A DNA stretch of 64,000 nucleotides from Candidatus Omnitrophota bacterium (GCA_020632515.1 JACKFK010000004.1:192068-256067); one strand, 5' to 3'; counted from the first letter of the stretch, positions 54,861 to 63,577 are shown. Notes: generated by a model from the sequence alone, not told the origin. Program-made: numbers and translations.

Positions 54861-57306
54861 GCGGATCAATCCATTTTTAGTGGCGGCATTATGTTTGGGG
54901 ATTTATTTAGTAAAGTCCATGATCGGTATTGATATTTTAAAAGATTATAGCTTCAGTCAGTGGCTGCCGTTTCGTTTGAATTTGGTAGATCACAGTTATG
55001 CCGCGCAGAAAGATTTTGAGTTTAATGAAGAGTTCTTAAGTAAAGCTGCCGTGGAAAAAGAATTCAATTTATGGATGCGGGATACAGATGCGGTTACTTA
55101 TGAGGTTCAGAAGTCGTGTGAGAAGCAAAACGGGTGTTTGCTCATTGAAAATCAAGGCCGGGAAGACTGGGCCTTTGAATTGAATAAATTCGTTCATGTT
55201 GTTCAGGGGGATGTTTTTGAATATTCTTTTTCCGGGAAGATAAAAGACGGAGCAGCGCAAGCATCATTTGGAGTTGTGCTTTTTGACAGCGAGAAAAAGG
55301 TGTTGGATTGGCATTATCTTCGTCAGGAATTAAACGCTGATAAAGAATGGCAGAGTTTTGAAGGGAAGTTTATTGTTCCGGCTAAAACCGCTATGATTAA
55401 ATTTCGTGTAACTGGTAAAGATACGGGAAAAGTTTGGTTCGATAGAATGAATATTAAATTTGAGCGTAATTTGCAAGAGGATCGCAAAGAATTGCTGCCA
55501 GATTATAGTTTGTCAAACAAACTTGTGAAATATACGTTGGATTGGAAGAAGGAAATTATACAGGTTATTGATCAAAGGAATCAAAAATTATGGCAGGATA
55601 AAGATTCGTTACAGCGGGTGTTTGTCAGGAAAATTGAAAAGATTAATCAGGATTCTTTAAAAGTTATGTTTGTAAGTTATCGGAATTTTCAGGAAGGAAC
55701 AGCGATCATTACTATCAAACCGGATTCCCCCGAAATTTCGTATGAAATCTTAATGCCGGAAGATAGGGTTTTTGAATATTTGAATTTCCCCCAATTGTTT
55801 GATTTTAACGCATCGGTGGAGCTGGTTGTTCCGATGCAGGAGGGGATGCTGATTGATAAGACGTTTCCGTTTAAGGACTTTCCTAAAAGTTTATATTACA
55901 GCCGGCAGTGGTCAATGCCGTTTATCGGCGGGACAGATGGAAACGCTGGCTGGATGGCTATAGTGGAAACGCCGTATGATTTTCGGATAGTAAAAGCAAA
56001 AGATAAAGAAGGGAATTTGGTGTTAGAGAATCAATGGGTGGCTGAAAAAGAAAGGTTTAGTTATCCACGGAAAATGAAGTATGTTTTTGTGGATCAGGGC
56101 GGGTATGTGAAAATGGCCAAGATATATCGGGCTTACGCACGTCAGCAAGGAAAACTGAAAACTTTACGGAGTAAAGCGCAAGATAACGCTAATATTACAA
56201 AGTTAATTGGTGCTGTGAATTTATGGTATTGGGGAAAGGGGCACATTAAACTTGCCCGGGAATTGCAAAAACGAAATGTGCCCAAGGTATTTTTTTCCAA
56301 TATAAAATGGAATTTGGAAGAGGTGAATAATTTTAACTATTTAACGTCAAAATATGATATATATCAGGACGTTTGGCCGCCGGATTTATCGGGTGTCGCC
56401 CCTAGAACGCAAGGCTGGCCAGAGGATTTGGTCGTGGATGTGAAGCAAAAACCGATTAAAGGATGGACAATAAAACGAAAAGGACAAGAATATCCAGGGG
56501 GTGTAATTTGTTCTATAAAGGGACTGGATATGGCGAGAAAGCGGATCGCAGAAGATTTGAAAAATTATCCGTATACAGGGCGGTTCATTGATACGGTTAC
56601 GGCTTCTCCGTGGAGAGAATGTTATCATCCGCAACATCCAACAACTAAGCGGGAAGACGCTGAGTATAAAATGGATTTATTAAATGTTGTATCGTATGAA
56701 ATGGGTTTGATTACCGGAAGTGAAGACGGCGTGGATGCAGCCGTTCCTTATGCTGATTATTTTGAAGGGATGATGAGTATTATTATCGGAAGGCTGCCGG
56801 ATTCCGGACGGGGTGTCCGTCAGGTAAAGTATGTTGCGCCGACTGAAGATTTTCTGAAGTATCAAATAGGGTATCAATACCGGATTCCGTTATGGGAATT
56901 GGTTTATCATGATTGTATTGTTTCAACTTGGTATTGGGGAGATTCTTCGAATAAGATTCCGGAATATTTGAACCGCAGGAATTTATTTAATATTTTATAC
57001 GGGAATATGCCGATGTGGACATTGCGTGATTGGAAACATTGGACAGAACAGAAAGATGTGTTGATTGAAAGTTATTATCATGTCGGGCCGGTCTTTGAAA
57101 AAGTTGGATTTGAAGAAATGGTCGCGCATGAGTTTGTAACACCGGATCGCAGTGTGCAGAGATCTCAATTTAGCAACGATGTGAATGTGTATGTAAATTT
57201 TAGTGAGCAGAAATTTGAACTCGGTGAAGAGTTGGGAAAGGTTCCTGCTCACGGTTATGTCATTTTTGATAAAAATAAGGTCTGGCAAGAAGGAGAATTA
57301 AATTGA
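54847..57306 (+). CDS. membrane-anchored protein with carbohydrate-binding-module-like domain and large glycoside-hydrolase-like C-terminal region
   Basis: N-terminal TM FLVAALCLGIYLV and a jelly-roll/CBM-like segment (aa ~90-200: WAFELNKF...KFRVTGKDTGKVWFDRMNI). The remaining ~600 aa has acidic and aromatic motifs (GSEDGVD, WYWGD), but the family was not recognised. Confidence 0.35.
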   Translation: MSMFKRINPFLVAALCLGIYLVKSMIGIDILKDYSFSQWLPFRLNLVDHSYAAQKDFEFNEEFLSKAAVEKEFNLWMRDTDAVTYEVQKSCEKQNGCLLIENQGREDWAFELNKFVHVVQGDVFEYSFSGKIKDGAAQASFGVVLFDSEKKVLDWHYLRQELNADKEWQSFEGKFIVPAKTAMIKFRVTGKDTGKVWFDRMNIKFERNLQEDRKELLPDYSLSNKLVKYTLDWKKEIIQVIDQRNQKLWQDKDSLQRVFVRKIEKINQDSLKVMFVSYRNFQEGTAIITIKPDSPEISYEILMPEDRVFEYLNFPQLFDFNASVELVVPMQEGMLIDKTFPFKDFPKSLYYSRQWSMPFIGGTDGNAGWMAIVETPYDFRIVKAKDKEGNLVLENQWVAEKERFSYPRKMKYVFVDQGGYVKMAKIYRAYARQQGKLKTLRSKAQDNANITKLIGAVNLWYWGKGHIKLARELQKRNVPKVFFSNIKWNLEEVNNFNYLTSKYDIYQDVWPPDLSGVAPRTQGWPEDLVVDVKQKPIKGWTIKRKGQEYPGGVICSIKGLDMARKRIAEDLKNYPYTGRFIDTVTASPWRECYHPQHPTTKREDAEYKMDLLNVVSYEMGLITGSEDGVDAAVPYADYFEGMMSIIIGRLPDSGRGVRQVKYVAPTEDFLKYQIGYQYRIPLWELVYHDCIVSTWYWGDSSNKIPEYLNRRNLFNILYGNMPMWTLRDWKHWTEQKDVLIESYYHVGPVFEKVGFEEMVAHEFVTPDRSVQRSQFSNDVNVYVNFSEQKFELGEELGKVPAHGYVIFDKNKVWQEGELN

Positions 57307-58448
57307 AAATCGTTGTCATTGGTACCAGAGGGTTTCCTAATGTTCAAGGTGGTGTCGAAAGCCATTGTGAACATTTATACCCAAATATTGTGTTGCATGG
57401 TGGCGATGTTACAGTGATTGGTCGCAAACCATATTTATCGCCGCAGGTGACGGAATATAAGAAAGTGAAGATTGTGCATAAAGAATGCACAACCAATAAA
57501 TATCTGGAAGCTATTTCTCACACGTTTTCCGGAGTTTTTGAAGCTAAAAAATTAAACGCCGATATTTTGCATATTCACGCGATTGGCCCGTCGATTATGA
57601 CTCTGGTAGCTAAACTGATGGGATTAAAAGTTGTGGTTACTAATCATGGTCCGGATTATGTCCGGTCGAAATGGAATTTATTTGCCAAGATAATTTTAAA
57701 GTTGGGAGAGTTTTTCGGCAGTAAAATGGCCAATGAAGTGATTTGTATTTCCAATCCTATAGCAGAAAGTATTGAAAAGAAATATAAACGGAACGTTAAT
57801 GTTATTCCTAATGGCGTTATTATTGAAGACCGTGTGGAAAGTAAAGAGTTTTTGAAAAAACATCATCTCACTGATCATAAATATATTTTGTGTGTCGGAC
57901 GGTTGGTGCCGGAAAAAGGGTTTCATGATTTAATCGACGCCTTTAATCGAATAACGAACGGGCAAGATCAATTGAATTCCTGGAAGCTGGTTGTTGTGGG
58001 CGACGCTGATCATGAAGGGAAATATAGTTTGGAGTTGAAGGATAAAGCGAAGCAAAATCCAAATGTTATATTAACAGGAACGTTAAAGGGGCAGGCTTTG
58101 CGAGAGGTTTTTTCGCATGCCGGTCTTTTTGTTTTACCATCTTACCATGAAGGCTTACCAATCGTTCTGCTGGAGGCGATGAGTTTCGGCCTTTCCTGTA
58201 TTGTTTCCGATATCCCGGCCAACCGCAATGTCGGCTTATCAGAGGACCGGCATTTTAAAGCCGGGGATATTGAAGCTTTAGCGGCAAAGATTAAAAAATA
58301 CATGAGTGTTGAATTTTCCGAAAGCGAATCTAAGGCTCAGATTGAAATGATTCGTCAGAATTATGATTGGGATCATATCGCGGAAAAAACGGTTGATGTG
58401 TATAATGCCGTGCTTAATCGGAAAAAGCGGGAAATGCAGCTGGTATAA
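57303..58448 (+). CDS. family 4 glycosyltransferase with DUF1972-like N-terminal domain
   Basis: MKIVVIGTRGFPNVQGGVESHCEHLYP N-terminus and EX7E motif EGLPIVLLE. Confidence 0.85.
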   Translation: MKIVVIGTRGFPNVQGGVESHCEHLYPNIVLHGGDVTVIGRKPYLSPQVTEYKKVKIVHKECTTNKYLEAISHTFSGVFEAKKLNADILHIHAIGPSIMTLVAKLMGLKVVVTNHGPDYVRSKWNLFAKIILKLGEFFGSKMANEVICISNPIAESIEKKYKRNVNVIPNGVIIEDRVESKEFLKKHHLTDHKYILCVGRLVPEKGFHDLIDAFNRITNGQDQLNSWKLVVVGDADHEGKYSLELKDKAKQNPNVILTGTLKGQALREVFSHAGLFVLPSYHEGLPIVLLEAMSFGLSCIVSDIPANRNVGLSEDRHFKAGDIEALAAKIKKYMSVEFSESESKAQIEMIRQNYDWDHIAEKTVDVYNAVLNRKKREMQLV

Positions 58449-58469
58449 ACGGCATGATGATCCTCTCTA

Positions 58470-58501
58470 AACCGATCCAACTTCCGAAGTTGAACTAGGT
58501 C
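58470..58501 (+). repeat. 33-nt hairpin motif, copy 4 (variant)
   Basis: AACCGATCCAACTTCCGAAGTTGAACTAGGTC lies between convergent genes. Its CTA (58495-58497) is the stop codon of the minus-strand DUF2442 gene. Confidence 0.8.
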
Positions 58502-58746
58502 TTTCTTTGAATAATCTCTCGATATAGAGTGTCGGGAGCGATATCTGCTCCATTTGGCCAGCAAATAGTTCCTAATTCTTCATTGACATAGAATTTGTTA
58601 AAATTTTTCTTATTAAGCAGTTGAGCAAATACTCCTCGGCCTAAATATTTTCTAAGATCCACGCGGCCTTTTTTCTTATTATCAAATATAAATTCGACCA
58701 TATAATCTTTAATTAGTTTAGCTTTTTTTACTTCATGTATTTCCAT
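58495..58746 (-). CDS. DUF2442-family small protein
   Basis: ...YMVEFIFDNKKKGRVDLRKYL...ELGTICWPNGADIAPDTLY is typical of DUF2442. Paired with the DUF4160 gene upstream. Confidence 0.7.
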   Translation of the reverse strand: MEIHEVKKAKLIKDYMVEFIFDNKKKGRVDLRKYLGRGVFAQLLNKKNFNKFYVNEELGTICWPNGADIAPDTLYREIIQRKT

Positions 58747-58753
58747 AATTACA

Positions 58754-59014
58754 TTACTCCAAAGGTTTAATAGTTTTTAATTTTCCGTCTTTTTGCGCTC
58801 TATCCCAATTATCTAATAATTCTTTTTGATGTTTCCTAGCCCAGTCTCTAATGAGGCGTTTTGCTAAAGGTGGTAAGTCGCCACCCATTATTCTGCCAGA
58901 TTTAATTTGAAAGACAGCAATGCGTCCTTGATACTTGGCATGAAAATGAGGAGGATTATGATCTTTAAAAAACATCATTATCGATATTCCATAAAAACGG
59001 GAGATTATTGGCAT
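58754..59014 (-). CDS. DUF4160-family small protein
   Basis: MPIISRFYGISIMMFFKDHNPPHFHAKYQG is the hallmark DUF4160 N-terminus. Confidence 0.75.
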   Translation of the reverse strand: MPIISRFYGISIMMFFKDHNPPHFHAKYQGRIAVFQIKSGRIMGGDLPPLAKRLIRDWARKHQKELLDNWDRAQKDGKLKTIKPLE

Positions 59015-59053
59015 GTTGAAATTATAACATATAAAATAAACACTGCAACCGGC

Positions 59054-59122
59054 CTACGTTAAATTTGTATGGAACAAAAGTAAAGCAGCCATAATAATAT
59101 TGGCGTCAATAATCAGTTTCAT
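59054..59122 (-). pseudogene. 22-codon remnant of a PIN-domain (VapC-like) toxin gene
   Basis: The minus strand reads MKLIIDANIIMAALLLFHTNLT*. This is a PIN-like first strand with the conserved Asp, then a premature stop. The antitoxin-like upstream frame is cut by the hairpin motif at 59194. Confidence 0.3.
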
Positions 59123-59193
59123 TTTTTAGTTTTTTTTGTTGCCGTCCATTGTTTTCAGGTCCATAGGTAACGGCTTCTTCAGCGGTGAGGGTG

Positions 59194-59217
59194 CCCGAAG
59201 TTGAACTAGGTAGGTTT
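59194..59217 (+). repeat. 33-nt hairpin motif, copy 5 (3' half only)
   Basis: CCCGAAGTTGAACTAGGTAGGTTT abuts the stop of the minus-strand ATPase gene. Confidence 0.7.
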
Positions 59218-60399
59218 CTAGAGATTTTGTGTTACAGAATGTATATTCTCAAAAGTGATGAAATTGATTTCACAAGATTTATACATCACTTTCTTAGTTA
59301 GGTTTTCATTGATGATGTAAGCGTGCTTTGTGTTAGGGTAGCGCAGCAGGAATCTGGTGATTCCTTTTGGTATTTCGGGGGCGCTTACTGTGCTTTTTAC
59401 TTCTATTGGGGTTGGCATACGATTATGCAAAAGTATAAAATCAACTTCATCTCCGTCTTTTGTCCGCCAGAATTTTATTTCCATATTAGGTTCTAAGTAC
59501 GGAAGCAGTGCAAGGTAAACAAAGCTTTCATATAAAACTCCTTTATCTGGACGGGTTTTTATGGATGAGAAATCTTTAAGTAAAGCATTACGGATACCAA
59601 GATCATAGAGGTAATTTTTACAAGATTTTTTTAATTCGTTGCCGAGATTGGTGGAATAACTATGTACCCGAAAATTCACATATGTTTCTTCAAGAATATC
59701 CATATAGCGGCTAATTGCTTTCGCGCTTAAATTAATTTGGTTAGCCAGATTAGACATGGAAACAACAGATCCCTGATTTTGAGCGAGTAAATAAAGCAAA
59801 TGGTTAAAGGCGCGGATATTTTCTTCTTTAATAAGAGACTTAATATCTTTGAGGATATAACTGCTCAAGAGTTCGTCTAATATAAGTCTTTTTCGTTTAG
59901 GTTCTTTAGTGTTTGTAAGTCCTGGGAGTCCTCCATAAATTAAATAGTCTGAGAGGTGGCAGGGTATTTTTTTCATTTCTTCAAATGACAGCGGATAAAT
60001 ACGAAAAATGAATTTTCGCCCAGCCAGGCTTTCTTTAAGATGTTTATGGATTTCAATTGAAGATGATCCTGAGCAAATAATTTTAATTTTTTTGTCAGCA
60101 TCATAAATGGCTTTAAAGATTTTTGAGGCATTTTGAATGTATTGAAATTCGTCAATAAAAACGATATTACCGGAATTCTTTAAGATTTTAATAATTTCTG
60201 TTTCTGAATTATTAAATTGGGCAAGAATTTGTGGTTGCTCAAGATCAAAGAAAGAGGATGTAAGGCCTGATTCTTTAGCATAAGTTTGGAGCTGTTTTAA
60301 AAGGGTTGTTTTGCCAACCTGGCGTGGGCCCAGTAAAATATTAATTTCTGGTTGGTAAATTTCCTTTTGTAAGGTATTGAAAATAAATCGTTTAATCAT
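59218..60399 (-). CDS. AAA+ ATPase, COG1373 type, paralog 4
   Basis: Walker A GPRQVGKTTLLKQ, Walker B VFIDEFQY, and ESLAGRKFIFRIYPLSFEE. Confidence 0.8.
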   Translation of the reverse strand: MIKRFIFNTLQKEIYQPEINILLGPRQVGKTTLLKQLQTYAKESGLTSSFFDLEQPQILAQFNNSETEIIKILKNSGNIVFIDEFQYIQNASKIFKAIYDADKKIKIICSGSSSIEIHKHLKESLAGRKFIFRIYPLSFEEMKKIPCHLSDYLIYGGLPGLTNTKEPKRKRLILDELLSSYILKDIKSLIKEENIRAFNHLLYLLAQNQGSVVSMSNLANQINLSAKAISRYMDILEETYVNFRVHSYSTNLGNELKKSCKNYLYDLGIRNALLKDFSSIKTRPDKGVLYESFVYLALLPYLEPNMEIKFWRTKDGDEVDFILLHNRMPTPIEVKSTVSAPEIPKGITRFLLRYPNTKHAYIINENLTKKVMYKSCEINFITFENIHSVTQNL

Positions 60400-60409
60400 T
60401 GTATTGACT

Positions 60410-60438
60410 AATATAACCTATTTATTCAGAAAAGTCAA
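60410..60438 (-). promoter_or_regulatory. sigma70-type promoter of AAA+ ATPase 4
   Basis: The minus strand reads TTGACT-17 nt-TATATT. The -10 box ends 10 nt before the ATG, so the leader is very short. Confidence 0.6.
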
Positions 60439-60446
60439 TAGCAGGG

Positions 60447-60478
60447 CAACCAATCCAGCTCCCGAAGTTGAACTAGAT
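60447..60478 (+). repeat. 33-nt hairpin motif, copy 6 (variant)
   Basis: CAACCAATCCAGCTCCCGAAGTTGAACTAGAT. Confidence 0.7.
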
Positions 60479-60527
60479 AGCAATACGTATGTATTGACAT
60501 TTTATATTTTGCGTATATACTTGCATT

Positions 60528-61028
60528 ATGAGGGAAAAAGGAAAGACGTTGTATTTACAAATTCGAGTTTCTCCAAAGCAGAAACGGTTAATCCGGCAGG
60601 CCTCTCAACAGGAGAATACGAGTATATCAGAATGGGTCTTAAGGAAGGTGTTGCCGGATCAAGCCTCTTTTTTTCAATCTTTGGTGAAAGAGCTCGCGCG
60701 GACATCGCAAAATCAAAGTTATGTGTGGGCCAGGATGAATGATTTTTTGGTGTCTTTATCTAAAGAAGAGTTTAGTATTGCTTTAGAAAATCCCGTGAAC
60801 GCGAAGTTATCTGCGTATACCGCTAATTATTTAGCAGCGATGGTGGAATACGCGGCCGCACAAAAGGAACTGCCGCCGCCACTGTGGGTTAACGAAATTG
60901 AACCTTTAACAAAAGCGTATTTTGGATCCCCGCTGCAGAGTTTACGATTACATCTTTTATTGAGCTCTCCGGTTGTATTCCGTCGGCGGAATATTTTTAT
61001 TGATGCCACGATTGGAGACCGTGTTTAA
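60528..61028 (+). CDS. ribbon-helix-helix (DUF1778/CopG-like) domain protein, putative antitoxin
   Basis: The N-terminus LQIRVSPKQKRLIRQASQQENTSISEWVLRKVL fits an RHH pattern. Its stop is 1 nt before the ATG of the NTase-fold gene. Confidence 0.45.
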   Translation: MREKGKTLYLQIRVSPKQKRLIRQASQQENTSISEWVLRKVLPDQASFFQSLVKELARTSQNQSYVWARMNDFLVSLSKEEFSIALENPVNAKLSAYTANYLAAMVEYAAAQKELPPPLWVNEIEPLTKAYFGSPLQSLRLHLLLSSPVVFRRRNIFIDATIGDRV

Positions 61029-61029
61029 A

Positions 61030-61554
61030 ATGAGTTCGTTAACCGCGAAAGACATTCATCGATTATTTGAAAAACTTAACGACGAGTTAAGGACGCAATC
61101 GATCAAAGGTGAGGTGTATCTAGTCGGGGGCGCTGTGATGTGTCTGGTCTTTCAGGCCCGGGAGTCAACTATGGATGTAGACGCGTTGTTTAAACCAAGC
61201 AAAAGACTCCGTGAAGCAGCCGCAAAAGTCGGCAATAAAGCTGGAGTTAAAGGGGATTGGCTTAATGATGGGGTGAAAAGATTTTTAAGCCCAAAGGGCA
61301 TTTTTCAGCCGTTTTTAGAATTAAGCCATTTACGTATTTTTTCTGCCAAGGCGGAATATCTTTTGGCCATGAAATGTTTAGCGGCCCGGATAGGGGAAGA
61401 GTTTCATGATATCGAAGATATTCGGTATTTATTGAGAAATTTAAATATTACAAGTTATAAACAGGCTTGTCAGATTATCACGGATTATTATCCTTTAGAG
61501 CGTTTTCCACAAAAAACACTCTATTTATTGGAAGAGTTATTAGAATCTTCTTAA
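61030..61554 (+). CDS. nucleotidyltransferase-fold protein, putative TA partner
   Basis: Minimal NTase motif VGGAVMCLVFQARESTMDVDALF. The start was moved from 60973 to ATG 61030, directly after the upstream stop. Confidence 0.55.
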   Translation: MSSLTAKDIHRLFEKLNDELRTQSIKGEVYLVGGAVMCLVFQARESTMDVDALFKPSKRLREAAAKVGNKAGVKGDWLNDGVKRFLSPKGIFQPFLELSHLRIFSAKAEYLLAMKCLAARIGEEFHDIEDIRYLLRNLNITSYKQACQIITDYYPLERFPQKTLYLLEELLESS

Positions 61555-61598
61555 ATCTAATTTTGAGGTTTAAGTTAGTTTTTCTTAAGATGGACAAG

Positions 61599-61630
61599 TT
61601 GTAAATTAAATTGACAATTTCTCCATTATA
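61599..61630. promoter_or_regulatory. 32-nt motif with 13-bp palindrome, candidate TetR operator, copy 1
   Basis: TTGTAAATTAAATTGACAATTTCTCCATTATA contains AAATTG-A-CAATTT. It lies 87 nt upstream of tetR. Confidence 0.4.
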
Positions 61631-61716
61631 ATCAAGGAGAGGATTCGAATTTATATTTTTGATTGATATTTCTAAATGATCGTTTAGAATATAGCTTGTC
61701 TTTTTAGGGGGTTAAG

Positions 61717-62301
61717 ATGTCAAGAATGAAAGAATATGTCCGTACGGAAGTTCTTTTAAAAGCCATGAATACTTTTTGGAAAAAGGGCTATAAAGAAACT
61801 TCCATGCAGGATCTTGTAGATCAGATGGGAATTAACCGCTTTTCCATTTACAGTGATTTTAAGAGTAAACGCCATATTTACCTTGAAGCTTTAGAGGTTT
61901 ATTATCAGCAAAAGGCTGTTCCTTTATTTGCCATGTTGAATCATTCGAAGGAAGGTATTCAGTCGATTGAAACATTGTTAAATCATATTATTCCAGTTAC
62001 AGGGGAGATTAAGAATAAAGGTTTTGGATGTATGATTTACCGGGCTATGCATACGCATAATCCTGTGGACGATGATGATATTCATAAACTTTTGCAAAGA
62101 TTTTTATCTGAATTTGAAGATGCCTTTTTGAACGCGTTAAAGAGGGCCAAGAAATTAGGGGAATTAAAAAAGGAGGTCGATATAAAAAAATACGCGAAAT
62201 TATTAACAACTTATACCAGCGGCCTGGTTACGGTTTCAAATGTGGTTGATAAGAAACATTTAAAAGAGCAAGTTGTGTCTTTGCTAGAGGTAATCAAATA
62301 G
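61717..62301 (+). CDS. TetR/AcrR-family transcriptional regulator
   Basis: HTH segment KGYKETSMQDLVDQMGINRFSIYSDFKSKRHIY. Confidence 0.88.
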   Translation: MSRMKEYVRTEVLLKAMNTFWKKGYKETSMQDLVDQMGINRFSIYSDFKSKRHIYLEALEVYYQQKAVPLFAMLNHSKEGIQSIETLLNHIIPVTGEIKNKGFGCMIYRAMHTHNPVDDDDIHKLLQRFLSEFEDAFLNALKRAKKLGELKKEVDIKKYAKLLTTYTSGLVTVSNVVDKKHLKEQVVSLLEVIK

Positions 62302-62422
62302 TTTTTTTTGATTTTTTTCTGAATGATTGTTCCGGAAAATCATTTCTCCATTGGAGAATATCCATAAGTTTAGTCCAGATGTCTTAAATTCATACTTAAT
62401 TTTTAAAAGAAAGGAAATAATT

Positions 62423-62950
62423 ATGGCAAGAATTGAATACGCAGAAAAAGGGCAAGAAGCGCCAGAGGCATCAGCGATTTATGAAAGTATCGCGGTTGAT
62501 TTTAAAATGATTCCTAATATTATCAAATTGGTAGGACATTCCGGAGCGGCCACGCAAGGACTTGGCACGGTGATCGGGATTTATTTTAAAAAATTAAAAC
62601 TCGATCCACGGGTAAAGGAAATTGCTTACTTAACCGTTGCCCGTGAAAATCAATGTCAATATTGTCAGGGGCATCATACGATGTATGCGAAACAGGCAGG
62701 GTTAAGCGATGAAGAAATATCTTTACTTGGTGATAACGGTATTACCTCTGAGAATTTCTCAGAAGCCGAACGGGCTGTTATTAAGTTTGCTTTAGAAACG
62801 ACACGCAATGTTAAGGCAAGCGATGAAGTTCTAAATGTGTTGAAAAAAAGTTTTAATTTAAATCAGATAGTCGAAATTGCTTTTGTTGTGGCTGCGGCTA
62901 ATTTTATTCAAAGGATTGGTAAGAATTTTGAAGCGGATTTAGAAATGTAG
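62423..62950 (+). CDS. carboxymuconolactone-decarboxylase-family (AhpD-like) protein
   Basis: CxxC-H motif ENQCQYCQGHH. The start was moved to ATG 62423, which has RBS AAAGGAAA. Confidence 0.75.
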   Translation: MARIEYAEKGQEAPEASAIYESIAVDFKMIPNIIKLVGHSGAATQGLGTVIGIYFKKLKLDPRVKEIAYLTVARENQCQYCQGHHTMYAKQAGLSDEEISLLGDNGITSENFSEAERAVIKFALETTRNVKASDEVLNVLKKSFNLNQIVEIAFVVAAANFIQRIGKNFEADLEM

Positions 62951-63056
62951 AATATAATTCTAAAAAAATACTGAGTTATATTAATTTATTGTTCTAAAAT
63001 GGACAAAGATTTAGCGACAATTTTTTTTAATCTTCATATTGAAGGAAGGAAAATAT

Positions 63057-63464
63057 ATGCATTCAATGGAATTATTTTGGTTGTTTTTAACTGTCCTTAT
63101 TACAGCGTTTATGGCTTTCCCTTATGCTGTTATCCGTTCAAAGGAGCAAGGAGTAAAAACAATTTTAACAACTTCTATACCGATCAATACTCTGTCTTCT
63201 GCACGGGCCCAACGCGCGCAACGGGCCCATCTTAATGCAATTGAGAATTTGATTATTTTTATGCCTTTGGTTTTTATTCTTCATTTCAATGGTATCAGTA
63301 CAACGGCTACCGTTACAGCATGTCAAATCCATTTTTTTTCTCGGTTTATTTATTATTTTCTATATCTTTTTGGGGTTCCTTATTTTCGCTCTTTTATGTT
63401 TGCTGTAAATTTCTGTTCAACAATGGTTCTTGTAACAAAATTATTTTGTTTTTATTTTTTTTAA
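63057..63464 (+). CDS. MAPEG-family membrane protein
   Basis: Four TM helices and RAQRAHLNAIENLIIFMPLVF. ATG 63057 follows GAAGGAAGGA. Confidence 0.7.
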   Translation: MHSMELFWLFLTVLITAFMAFPYAVIRSKEQGVKTILTTSIPINTLSSARAQRAQRAHLNAIENLIIFMPLVFILHFNGISTTATVTACQIHFFSRFIYYFLYLFGVPYFRSFMFAVNFCSTMVLVTKLFCFYFF

Positions 63465-63545
63465 AACGAAAGAACCTGGTTCAGCTTTGTATGAAGTATT
63501 CCTGAAACCAAAAGGTGAACGAAGTCTATAATATAATAGGGGAAA

Positions 63546-63577
63546 TTGTAAATTAAATTGGCAATTTCTCCATTATA
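63546..63577. promoter_or_regulatory. 32-nt motif with palindrome, copy 2
   Basis: TTGTAAATTAAATTGGCAATTTCTCCATTATA matches copy 1 at 31 of 32 positions. Confidence 0.4.

Noticed and set aside
61599-61632. Canonical sigma70 promoter within the tetR-upstream motif (TTGACA ... TATAAT).
   Set aside because: The spacer between TTGACA (61611-61616) and TATAAT (61627-61632) is only 10 nt. The alternative TTGTAA gives 22 nt. Neither spacing is functional, so the motif is treated as an operator candidate only.
61636-61650. tRNA-like T-arm string GGATTCGAAT.
   Set aside because: No acceptor, D or anticodon arms can be drawn around it. It lies in the tetR leader.
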